DNA of 64,000 nucleotides from Psilocybe cubensis (Eukaryota): NCBI GenBank assembly GCA_017499595.2, contig CM039005.1, positions 3,100,001 to 3,164,000 of the forward strand, read 5' to 3'. Shown piece by piece: positions 23,760 to 36,226 of this stretch (position 1 is its first letter; each line of letters starts with the position of its first letter). The notes under the pieces were generated by a model. It saw only the letters and a program-made list of their open reading frames with translations, ran no database searches and was not told where the DNA came from. The position numbers and the translations under genes were made by a program.

Positions 23760-24451
23760 GTGGTACAATATGAGGATACATTAATTGTTGTACTCCGAGG
23801 AACAATGTGCTGTATCATGATAAGTAAGTATGCTCGCGGATTTATATTTACACAAATCCATTCTAGATTCTGGAAGTCATAGAAGATTATCTATTCCACA
23901 TACATAGGGATATCCATGTTCTTGTGTCAATATCATGTGCTTCAGGACATCCTCTCGACATGGGTAAAAACACATTGGCTTCGATTTAAGTATGTGCATT
24001 AGTATCAGGAGGAAGAAATCCAAAGTAGGAGCTTCTTTCTGGATCTTCTTTCTTATATGCGCTCGCATATAGATTCGAAACTATTCAATTCTCTGCATTG
24101 ATCATTGCGCATATGACTAATCTTAACGTGCTGGTGGGAGAAAACTTGGATAGACTTATAATAATATGTAACGCACTGTATGGCTAGTTTTGCGGTGAAG
24201 GTTTGTATCTTGTAACCCAGATTTGTGATTTTATGTTCCAAAATAAAGCATCAAATCCTCATTATTATCAATCATCCGCTGTCTATGGATAATTTAGAAA
24301 TATTCTGCTTCCTTTGAAAGAGCAGTGTGCATAAAGAAGACAAGACACGTCCACACTCCTTCAACGTATTAAAGGAGAGCAAATCTCAATAATACTGCAG
24401 GCAATCTGTTGCTTTACTCTATCTATCACCTCAACCTTACATCCCAGAGAA

Positions 24452-25162
24452 ATGAAACTTGCACTGTCAGTTGCCGTATATTTGGCTGCTGTGGCCTCAG
24501 CGTCCACCATTGCGAGCACTACAGCAACAACGATGAAGGCCATCATGGGCGACTTCTCCAAGCTTGGACAACAGTACGCGAAAGTTGTTGACGATGTTAA
24601 TGCGTTCCCTCAAACAGGAACTGAGGGCGTTCAGGTAAGTCAAGAAAATTTTAGAAAATGCTTACTAAAATCTTGTGTATAGGACATACATAATGATTTA
24701 ACCATCATTGACGGACTCTTTCAAAATGTTAATGATAATCTAGACGTAAGTGCATCAGAGATACAATGAACCCAATTGGCCGATTAATTAGTGCTTCGCA
24801 GGCCCTTCCGAGACCAGTCTCAGACAAGAATGCCCGCAAAATATTTTCTACATACAACGATCTTACTCCAAACATCTTGGAGTATCTCAACGGCATCACG
24901 GATAAAGCCGCTGACTTTAAAGCCCTCGGCTCGGCATCCTCTAATACAATATTCTTAGATTTAATGGGTGCTGGTGCGCCTTGCATCCACTTCGGAGAAA
25001 GTTTAATGGCAATGATTCCTGTGAGCACTTTTTTTAATTTTGATCATGCTTTGTGATGCTGACAACTTACAAATCCGGCAGCCCGTTATGACCGACGAAG
25101 CAAACACTATGCTCAACGGGGTTGATGCAGCAAGACAAGACGCCATCAATGCGCTTTCTTAA
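24452..25162 (+). CDS. Secreted HsbA-like (hydrophobic surface binding / Mp1p-like) protein, 4 exons
   Basis: Signal peptide MKLALSVAVYLAAVASA; exons 24452-24634, 24683-24745, 24802-25020, 25082-25162 with GT-AG introns; amphipathic helical pattern ending ...IPPVMTDEANTMLNGVDAARQDAINALS. Confidence 0.75.
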
Positions 25163-26127
25163 GATTGTAATATGTATTCACAGAATATTGCTTAAGATGC
25201 AGATGCTTAATGCCATTGTTGTCAAATCAATACAAAGGGGTGGAAGACGGAAACATCAACGATTAGAAGGAACAAAAGATAGGGCAAATAGCGAAGGTTT
25301 GGATTGGACATGTAATGGAATATGTTCCTGTAAAAAAACACCTGTTAGCTTTTGGCTACATTGAGGTTCAAGCCTTAGCTTGGTGCATATCAGCCCCAAA
25401 TCACCCTGTATCGCATCGCGCACACATACCATGCAGATTAACCAAATGTAAAAAGTTGAACACAACAAACGACTACTCGACTATAAATGTGGTTAAAAAG
25501 TATGTGTCGGTAGGATGGTGGAGTCTCCAGAAAACAGCGAGGGTTTTGAGTAGAAATACAGTTGATGCTTCAATAAGAAGATGGCGACGAAACATAGATC
25601 TGCTTCTTCTGCTCTTGTTCAGATGTGTAAGTGAGTCCCGTCAGGATGGTCCATTCTCAAACCGAGAGTAAAATACCCTTCTAGACCACAATAACTGCTG
25701 CGGCTGGTCAGTATAACGAATGTTCTGGATTCGATATAGCCAGTCTATATATCGTAGCCTGACCCATTACCGCTGTCCATGTGGGAAATGAACAGATAGA
25801 AATGAGCGAGCGAGGTGATGCGCTTGTTGTCTATATTTGGATGGCATTCGTGTCCATGATAGCTACACTAGTCGGCATTGCAGTGTAGATTGTGCTGATA
25901 TAATGACCTAAACAAAACCGGTGTATTCCCAACAGTGCTTAGTTTAAGACACTACACGAGCGACCAGTCGAGCACATTGCCAATCTACCTCTGAACTAAT
26001 ACAAAGCAAAGCTCCCAATCTAGAAGTCAATAATTACACTGAACAGAATAAAAGGAGCGCTTGACGAGCCTGTAAATCCAATAGCTTTCATACCAATCAA
26101 TTCCTATCTTTTCATTCTGCACGTACA

Positions 26128-27365
26128 ATGGCTTTTATCGCAAACCATGTTTACACCATTGCGAACAGGAAACAAAACAGCGGCAATAACATGCTTTTGG
26201 CTCTATTCCAAGGCAAGGACTAGAATGGACACTCCAAAACATAACATTAACCATAGGGATATCATCATAGCAAATTCCGCCAACACCACTCCTTGTCAAG
26301 TACATACCCAATCTAGCACTGAGGAGACGTTTAACCAGAAATGGCTGATTAAGACAGTCCCCGGAAAGTCCGACATATATACTTTTCAGAACATACGTAC
26401 CGGGTCATACCTTGATCTGCGCGACGGATCAAAGGCGAACGGAGCGCTTGTTGTAGGCTGGGAACTTCTCCCAGGGACACAATGGGAGTCGGTACAACAA
26501 TGGAAAATCATTCCTAACGGAAACTATACTAAGTATTTGCTGATTCGCTCAAGTATAGTTGATTTAACGCTTACCAAAGTAATGTTGTACATTAGGATCC
26601 AAAATGTTGCTAGTGGAACTTATCTTGACTTGCTGAATGGCAGTAGTGCCCCTGGTGAGTGTACCACGTCCCCATAACTCATCCACAGTTAGTGAATGGT
26701 ACAGTGCTGACCTCTATACGTTACCAACAGGAACACAAGTCCACGGCTGGGCTTCGAATACAACAGAGACTCAAGACTGGTTCCTGCGCCGTGTAAGCCG
26801 CACAGACGTTGAGCTCCGAGCTATTCTTGCCAAAGACATACACAACGCGCCCAACTTTCAGGGTTTTACACAAGATGGACTGTATGTTTTTTTATCTACC
26901 TGGGCGTTGGGAAGTCAAACGATGATTGTTTCAGATATCTTGTTCTCCCTCAGAGTGTCCGTGACGCTATCTATGTCAAATCTGGGTTGAAAACTATGAA
27001 AGGACGCGGTCAACTCTTTGACAGTGAGTGACCAAACCTATTACGAACCCGTTACATTGACGCTCATTGACAATCAAACAGGTGATGATTATGCCATTGT
27101 TCTCAAGGCCGAAGTTGCTAAGTGGGGTATTGCAACCCTTCTAGCTGATGTAGGTTTAGAACACCATTTTGAAATAATTTTACCAACGCACTGGTTTTAG
27201 GATTTTGGAATTCTTTGGGGACTGATTTTTGGCACAACCGGAAACCGTAGTCTCGCCTACAATTTCTACCTCAACGAGAACTTAGATAATATTGTATTTT
27301 TTGATCCCTACACTGGAGAAGAGAAGGTAGATATGGGATATAAGACCTACATGGCCGTGTATTGA
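26128..27365 (+). CDS. Ricin-B lectin plus agglutinin C-terminal (papain-like) domain, MOA/PSL-type chimerolectin, copy 1
   Basis: QxW repeats (NQKW, QQW, QDW), NxxSGTYLDL motifs, C-terminal QLFDSDDYAIVLKAEVAKWG...LAYNF...FFDPYTG...MGY; no signal peptide; 7 exons, first intron has a GC donor. Confidence 0.88.
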
Positions 27366-27720
27366 CATATCTCTATCTCGCATACTCATCACTCCTTTCA
27401 CTATCTGTCAATCTGGTGGAGTTCAAGGCGCCAAAGCGGCGATCTTGGACTTTCAAAGAAAATGTGGACTGTGTAGAAGTACTTCATGTACCACGCAATC
27501 TTGCACATTTCCTACTTGTTTGATATCTGTAAAAATCTGCCCATTTTAATTCATATCACGTTCTATATGTTTAACAAGGAAGCATATCATATTTTAAAAG
27601 TCGAAGACAATCCTATCCAGTTCAGTAATCGCTAACCTGGAGTCTAACTCATCTCTGACAGCTTCCCGTGGTTCAATTTGTGCTAGGTGTATAGATATGG
27701 GTTCTCAATTCTTGCATACA

Positions 27721-29026
27721 TTAGGGCCCAATTACAACACTCTGCTTTGATTCAAGCTCCCCCGTGACCTTGATCCCATCAAATACCTGACATACACTGC
27801 CATGTGCCGTGTCGGTTGCTTGAGACTGGAACCGTAAATTCGTTCCAGGACTCTTGTGTGTATGGGGATACAGGTCCGTGGCTGATGCCGCGAGATTGAC
27901 ACGCGCGACCATGATTGTTGGCGCCATACCCTGTCAAGAGCGTGCGGTGTAAATAACTTTGGATTCTGTCGTCTATGTTGGAACTCACTGCAATTGGAAC
28001 AAGCACACTCGCCGAGTATGCCTGCAACGAAGTCAACGGCAAGTTTCCAATGGCAGCTGGGATAGCAACTGACACGGCCTGGACTAACAGCGCCATCGAA
28101 TAGAAGAATACGGATTGGACAAGCATTTCAATAATCCGTCTGAATTTCCTATCTGGGGAAATAGACTCGGAGTTGGTATGGGAGAAGTGGGTTATGCGGT
28201 AGGCAATGAGGAAGGTTGCTGCGAGACTGGTTGCGGCTGATAAGATGTATCCGGAAGACTCCAATCTATCCACAAACAGTGCCTGGCGGTGCGTTGGCTT
28301 GGCCCTAGTGGCCAGCAGGATTATGATGGCCGCAATAAACAGTCCTAATCAAGTGTGTAAGTGTATTATGAGGAACGAGAAAACATGCGGAAAGCATACC
28401 AAATTCAGAAAACAATAGGAGCAGCGGAAATGATATGACTCTTTTTGAGCGTCCCCACACATGGAAACATCTCCATATCTGACAAAAGGTTGTTTATTTT
28501 ATGCTCATGTGTGTGTTTTTAGACATACCAAAAGTCCATCAGCGAGTGTAAGCATGATGAATACAAAGAGATTGTTTAGTACATGCAACCATCTCGGTAG
28601 TACCAGGGTGGCATTAAATATACTGTCTCTAGTATCCCCGTTCTCGACGAAGAACCATCGCATAAACGACCATTCGAAGCCGCAATTCGCCATTCCTAAC
28701 ATGTACATAAGGCTGATAACATATATCACCAACTTCTTTGGCGTTTTTGTTCTTGTCACTATCAAAAAAACATGAGCATCTAGGACCAGGGCATCATTAC
28801 GATTCGCAAGCCAGTCAACCTACGACATATGTATAGTGTTCCAAGGTAAACAACACTGTACATGCCTATTATCACATAGAAAATTTTGTGATTGAGTATT
28901 TTCAGGCTGTTGAAGACGACTGTACATACCCATCATGAGCGTCCCCAACATTCTAGAGTTTAAATTAGCATCAATATCTGATTTCTGGATGGAAATATTT
29001 GGTAATGGCTCTTCGTGGCGTGACAT
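27721..29026 (-). CDS. Multi-pass (7TM-like) membrane protein of an Agaricomycete-expanded family, copy 1
   Basis: Six exons with hydrophobic helices and motifs LNSRML...GMY, LADGLL-IWRCFHVW, IAYRI, IIEMLVQS, GMAPTIMVARV. Confidence 0.8.
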
Positions 29027-31103
29027 AGATGGTGTAAGGATTATTGGGAACTTTTTGGTACCTTACTCGACGGTCTGTATGGAGCTTTAAGTAGACCATC
29101 ATAGCTAGGTGCATCATAGATAAGAGTCAGAAATTGACTATATCTCCCGACGTGATTGATTGACAGGTAAAAATGAAGTTGTATTTTGACAAAATTGCCA
29201 CCAATGCAAGACACAATATGGATAGGGAATTTATTTCTCAAAGTCGGTGATCGAGTTTGGATTAGCATATATCAATTATCAGAATGAAATGCAGTGTTTA
29301 GACTACTGACAGTGACCACAATCACTTTGTCTGTTCCCGTTTCCAGCTTTATGACGCATGGCAGACAGCTACGCTCTGTCTGATCCGGTGAATAAAAGCT
29401 ACCGTCTGCCGAACTCACGTTGGAATCTATTTTTGCATCCACACTCGATCAACGAAGGTGTTTCCCCTGTGCCTGGTATATTTGACATAGTTTTATAAAG
29501 TGCTTGCCAATGTCAGTGTCGAAGACTTTTGAAATAAATGACATTGTGATCTCGAGGGGGATTTATCTACCCAGCAGGAGATCCCACGATTACCCATGGT
29601 ACAAGAGATATTGGTCACATTAAAAAAATGTCAACTATGGCGGGGCGAATGAACCGGGGAACCGAGTCGTACCAGTGTCAATCAAGCAGTCAAGTATGAG
29701 AAGGGGTGAGCGTGTTGTAATATCCATATTCCGTGCATATAACGAGGGAGTTGACAAATTCAGCAGTAACTATACTAGAGTCATTGAAAGTGACAGACAT
29801 TTTGATGGATGCAACAGACATCCTATGTTCCAGGACGCACAGATAACCCTCAGAAGGAGAGTACTGGTAGGATGTTCAGTAACAAAACACGAGGTAAAGG
29901 TGATTGTGAGAGGAGAACAAGTAAGTGACTGCGGAATTTGGACGTGTAATGGATTGTTCAACAAGCGGCAACGTTAATCGACACTCGTCGCCACTGCATC
30001 CCAGTAATCCTCCCGTACGTCTCAATAGCAAAAACGATACAAGTTAGGAATAGCCGGGAAAAAAAGTATAAAAATATGCAGATATAGAAGGGCGGTTTCG
30101 TTGCACCCCAGAAGAACACCCCGTTTAGGCCCAAGAATTAAGATGTGAATAAACACAAAGTCTCAGAAGTGTATTCTCTCATTTATAACATGCTTGTGCT
30201 GATAGAATGGGACATGCTGGATACCCTGGACTCGGGTTGAGGGGTTTACGGGTTGAAGGTAGAGATTTTGGATACGACCTTCACGATGACGACCAATAAG
30301 AGGAGTGATTACGAACGTAATATATTCAATCTTCTCCTTGTGTGACTCATACCCCATTACAACCCTCTTCGTCAATCCGCCGATGTATTCGATGACATAG
30401 TCGACGTCTATAATGACTCAATGATTCGGGCGTCGATCATGGGCGTAGATCATGCTGCTTAAGTATGGTTTACCACTTTGCGTCGTCCCTCGTCTTCCTC
30501 AACATCAGGTGTTGCATAGATTGCCTTGAAACATATTAACATTCAGCACCCGCGTCAACATCAGGGTCAAATGCACTCACACAATCCACCCAAACATCTC
30601 GAAATACGCATATGCGCACTCCTTCGAGGCTTCCTGTTGTCCCCTGTTTACCCGAATCCAGCTCTCATCCACATATATGCGCATTCCCTTTCCTGCGTTT
30701 ATGTATGCAAGTTTGTCAAAGGTAATCCATGTGTATTTGCGCGAGTGTTCGGACAGAGTATTATGAATAGCTCTTATATGTTGCCTGCCGCGGGGGCCAA
30801 CAAGTTGAAAATAGGTGAAAATGGATCATATATGCGCTAAGGGGATATAATGATCAGTTGTAGCAATGATTCATGACAGACGAACCAGAAGATGGACCAT
30901 TCAATCACTCTAACCCCAGGAACATTACGAGTCCTCCCTTGGAGGAATCGTTTTTATATCGAACTCGACGTATATCCGAAATCGTGAAACGCTTGATGAG
31001 CCGGCGATCAATCGGCAGGGTTTGATCGGCGATTGAATGAGCGATTTTGGCCGTTCACGTGCGCGAGAATCGCTGTTTTGATTGGCCGGCGATCGATCAG
31101 CTC

Positions 31104-31698
31104 TAGTGTTGCCGCCAGAGCGCAGTCACTCTGCAGTGACTGTGACTGCACTCTGTTTTTTCATTCTCCGACACACTTCACAGCGCAACAAAGTCGCAGT
31201 GAAGTGCTCTGCAAAGTGTGCCGTAAATTGCAGCGTCAGATAATCTAGACTAAATATGGAAGTATTACATGCATTTTTGTCGAATACATGAGAATGTCCG
31301 GGATACCTACTATATATGGAGGATATTTATTGCACATGACCTTTATCTATCTAGATAAGATTGCAATAAAGTATTCAACAGTTCACGTGGTCCAGATCCC
31401 TTTGATCTTGTCGTCGACGCAAATTCTGCTTGGTTTTCGCCGGATTTGTTGAGAAAAGTCAAAAAAATTGCTACATTGAAGTGTCTTGGACTATTAGGAC
31501 ACTGAATGAGCAAATACATATAGACAAAATGACTTGCAAAGCGTCAACCTTTCGTCGACCATTTTATGAGGTCGAGACGGTGAATGACGTCACAAACACT
31601 TCACAGCACTTCACAGGGACTGTGATCACTGTGAAGCGTGTCACAGTCGCCCAAAAATGGCTTCACTGTCACTGCACTGCACTCTGGCGGCAACACTA
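31104..31698. mobile_element. hAT-type MITE (595 bp)
   Basis: Perfect 17-bp TIR TAGTGTTGCCGCCAGAG; 8-bp TSD ATCAGCTC at 31096-31103 and 31699-31706; CAGTG/CACTG subterminal repeats; no ORF. Confidence 0.93.
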
Positions 31699-33055
31699 AT
31701 CAGCTCAATGTCGGTGTTTAAATTTCAGTTGCTGTCAAAAAGCCTGTCAATCCAGGCTTTTGGCAGGGAATGAAACGCTTTTTGAGCCGGCAATGGCTCG
31801 GCAGAGAAGTCGGAACTTTAAATATCTTGCCACTCGACATCAATCAAAATCTGTTTGAATTTTCAAAGGTTTCTTGTTGCTCCAGCATTGTATGGCCTAC
31901 TTAGTTACCTACAACAACTAAATGATTATTCATGACCATATCATTAAAGGCCTACTTATTTATGTAGACCTAAGAAATTCACCAGTTGTTCATTACCCTT
32001 GCATTCATGGCTTACTTACTTATGTAGCTTATCTACAATAGGACAACTTGAACATTAGTGATTTCATTCTTTTCAGTCCAGTCTTTGTCTTCAAGTCAGA
32101 TGCCAGTGAAACTATTACAATATTATAGTTTACTGGATGCAGCCCCTCCTAAAATACATTTCTTATAAATTCCAAAGGAATTGATCACAAGGACTCGTAT
32201 CTGCCGTGCGTAGCAACGGCCCACCTTACAAGTCTCCTCTACGTCGGGTTTGTACTTGCGCAGACAGTTCCAGGACGCTGTCACACTGTGATTAAGAAGT
32301 CCAATGGGCCGCGAAATGAGCTGGAGCTGACATAAGCTTCCCCTTTGTACTTGACGTTGTTGATGGGATGCAACCGACCCCTCTGACAGGTCTAAAAATC
32401 TGCCCGTTCTGCTGAGAAGTACAGCTCTGCTTCACACACTGAAGAACTCCTGTCACATAGTGCTGTACGTATCTATTGGTCTCTTCTTTCACTAAAGTTG
32501 ACTTGTATAACCCCAGATGTATCAAGCAAGGAATTTGTGTTTCATAGATGAAACCAATTTTTGGTATTACACATCCTTGTTGGTATGAAATAATTCATCT
32601 TCTGGTTTGTATGTCATTAATAACTGCTGAAACTGGTCATTATAGCGACAGCCTTGGAGTCCATATGGCGGGTCAATGTATCTCAATGCACCCCATTACT
32701 GCTGTCCATACGGTAAATGAACAGATTGGAACAAGCAAGCAATGATTTGGCGTGCATTTTGTCTACATGTGGAAGTCATCTGCGCCTACCATGGTGCAAT
32801 CAGAATTTCAGGATAGATTGGGCTAACATATTCACTTAAGGAAAATTTAGTGTGCGCTTACTGTGGTTGGTTCATGCCACTAGAGCAACGATCCGTCAAT
32901 CACTCACAGCCAATCTGTACCTGATCTACGAGGGATGGCTCATGCTCTAGATTTCTAAAGGTTCTACTGAATTGTATAAAAGGTGCACTTACCGAGTCCG
33001 TAAGCTACATCGCATTCATATCAAGCATTCCTCATCATTTGTATCTGAGCATACA

Positions 33056-34289
33056 ATGGCTTTCTTTGCAAACCAAATCTATACCATCGCAAACAGGAAA
33101 CAGGACAATGGCAACAATATGTTCCTGGCCCTATTTGAAGGTATGGTTTATAGTTGACATCTGAAAATAAATTAATCATGGTGATATTATTACTACAGCA
33201 AATTCTGCCAACGCCACTCCTTGTCAAGTGCACAACCAATCCAACACTGAGGAGGCGTTTAACCAGCAATGGCTTGTCAAGACAGTCCCCGGAAAGTGCG
33301 ACATTTACACATTCCAAAATATCCGTACCGGGACCTACCTTGATCTGCGTGACGGTTCAAAGAATAATGGCGCGCTCGTCGTAGGGTGGCAGCTTCTCCC
33401 TGGAACAGAATGGGAGTCTGCACAGCAGTGGAGAATCATTCCTAACGGAAACTATACTAAGTATTGTCTGATTCTCTGCAGTGTAAATGAACTCACGCTT
33501 ACCAAAGAACTGTTTTACAGAATTCAAAATGTTGCCAGTGGTACCTACCTTGACTTGCTCAACGGCAGTAGTGCACCCGGTGAGTTTACCACATCCCCTT
33601 CCACAGAGCAGCTCTGATCTCTGTACGTAACCGCCAGACACGCAAGTTCACGGCTGGGAATGGAGTGCGACAGAGACTCAAGACTGGTCCCTGCGCCGCG
33701 TAAGCCGCACAGATGTTGAGCTTCGCGGCATCATTGCGAAAGACACGCACAACGCGCCCGACTTCCAGGGTTTCAGTCAGGACGGGTTGTATGTATTTTT
33801 TCCAAGTTCTTCAACCTAGTCTTCGGAAACTGGTAAATTTACTGTTGGCAGATATCTTGTGCTTCCCCAGAGTGTCCGTGATGCGATATACGTTAGCTCC
33901 AGGTTGAAAACTATGAAAGGCCGCGGTCAGCTCTTTGACAGTGAGTAGTAACCGACCCGATTGCAAACTCGTTGAATTTTTAAATTTAATGATTACCAAC
34001 CAGGCGACGACTATGCCATTGTTCTCAAGGCAGAAGTTGCCAAGTGGGGTATTGCAAACCTTCTAGCCGATGTACGTTTGAGTTCCAACATCTTGATTTA
34101 TCATTAACAACACTCTCTTTGCAGGATTTTGGACTCCTTTGGGGATTGATGTTCAGCCGAAACGACGACGGTGCTCTTGCCTATAACTTCTACTTAAACG
34201 AAGACTTGGATACTGTTGTATTTTTTGATCCCTATACCGGAGAAGAGAAGGCCGACATGGGGTACAAGGCCTACATGGCCCTGTACTGA
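33056..34289 (+). CDS. MOA/PSL-type ricin-B chimerolectin, copy 2
   Basis: Same exon structure and high similarity to 26128-27365; ends ...FFDPYTGEEKADMGYKAYMALY. Confidence 0.88.
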
Positions 34290-34874
34290 TGTATTTCCAT
34301 TCCGAAATCCGATTATTTCTCTCAGTACCTATCAAGCTGCTGGAGTTCGAGATGGAAAAAATATGTTCTTGGACTTGCAAAGAAAATGTGGAGTGTTTAG
34401 GAGTATTTCATATACAACAAAATCTTGTTCATTTCCTACTAGCTTGATATCCGTATAGATCTCCCCTGATTTTGTCTGCCATTTTATGCATTTACAAAAA
34501 TATCTACATTGACAGCCAACGTCACTCCTTTCCACAGTCAAGTGTGGTCGACCCTTTTTCAATATGTAGAAACATGCTTTCCCAATTGTCCGCAGTAAAA
34601 TCAGCCGCACGTTGCGGAGTGCTAACGGGTGGCGACTGACGCAGCCTGAATAACCTGTCCCACGCTGGATGGGATGACGGTTGAGGGACTGATTGATTGA
34701 CGGTATTTGTGCCCGTGAGCTCACAGAAAGTCTGGTCGTCACAACAACTTCTTGTACACCGTCACTCGTATTGGCTGTCCCACGGTTAAACGGACAAAGA
34801 GTAAGCGCTGATCTTTTTCCCTTTACCTACAACTTCAAAAATCTCGCAATACTCCTGAATACTTCCAAAATACC

Positions 34875-36226
34875 ATGACTGTGGCAGCAGAGCTTCCCAT
34901 GGAGATTATCAACAACATCATGGAGATTGCAATTGATACTCTGGATCCTCAATCAGTGTCATCGATAACACTGTTATCACACCAGTTCCGCGTCATGGTC
35001 AACAAAGAGCGCTTTTTTCATCTTAATTTCGACAGTGACACCAGTTGGAACGAGTTACATGGATTGGCAACTCTTTTCGAGCAAGCAGCTGGAATCGCGA
35101 TACGAGGAATACAAACTTTCATCGCCTCAATTTACATCCGCATTGAGGACGACTGTGATTACGACGAGATACAGCCCCATATCACAATCTTCAAACATCT
35201 ATTCAGGCATGATGCTATACTGCACACACCTATTCGAAAGCTGTCACTTTACATAACCAACGTTGCAGGATTGTTATCCGTGGACCCTGCACTGGACTAT
35301 TCTCTCAGATCGCTGCTCAGCGAGTCCCACGTTAACTTCCTAGAACTGTGTCAATCATGGGAAATACCCTATGACCTCTTACACAGGTCAAAAATCGAAC
35401 ACCTGTCCCTTCTATGCGTGGGAGGACTGTCCAAACATTTCGTCACCCGAAATTTGAATCCAGTAAATCTCAAGTCGCTGACTATCTCCTTGTATGATGG
35501 GTCTCAGTTTAAAATAACCGATCTGATGACACTGCTTGGAGCGCTCGAATCCAGCTGTTTTTCGTATATGACTTCTCTGACCATATCAACCTCATTTGTC
35601 CACTTTGCGAGAAAATTGCTGGAGCTAACACAGTGCCTGGAGACACTGACAATAAAGTGTGCAGAGGAGCTGTACCAAAGTACGTCCCTCGTTGTATTCC
35701 ACAATCTTTATCTCAATAACATATTAATAATGCCTACCTCATAGCCCCCAGTCACGTTTCTGGAAACTCTTTGTTCAATTACCACTTACTCCCCCATTTG
35801 AAGAATCTCAATATAAGTTACGCACTGGATATTTCTTGTACTTATCCGTTAGCGTCGTCAACTGATTGCCTGGTGGGACACTTGCTCCCTTCTCACCTTG
35901 ACAAGCTTTGCATAGATATCAGACTCTTGGATGTCGTGGACCACCACCTACACGGCCCAGACTATGGCCTTGTGGAATCAGGTGCGCTGCTCCAGGAGGC
36001 AGTTGCCTGGGACGAACGTCTTTCTTCGCTGGTCCGCGGGAAAGCAAAGCATCCTGTTGTACATATCAATATCCACATACATCGTCGCTTCATGGAAACA
36101 CAGTACCACTCGCCCATCTGGAAAGACTGTTGGAGGCAGCATTTCTTGAATGCCTTTTCGACATGTCGAACTTCTATGAAACACTTCTTTCTCTCCATCG
36201 ATACAACGTCGAAAGCGTATGATTAG
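34875..36226 (+). CDS. F-box-like protein with degenerate leucine-rich repeats, copy 1 (2 exons)
   Basis: N-terminal ELPMEIINNIM...SITLLSHQFR motif; repeated LxxLxL/I units; intron ~35680-35743. Confidence 0.72.

Noticed and set aside
21849..23765. Reading the element as CACTA-like with CA...TG ends and a 3-bp GTA TSD
   Set aside because: The direct repeat extends to 9 bp (GTGGTACAA), leaving symmetric GGGCA/TGCCC ends, which fits MULE better.
29600..30800. Possible jacalin-like relic (DYVIEYIGG...IEYITFVI, minus strand)
   Set aside because: Only a short, weak motif resemblance with surrounding stops; needs an HMM search.
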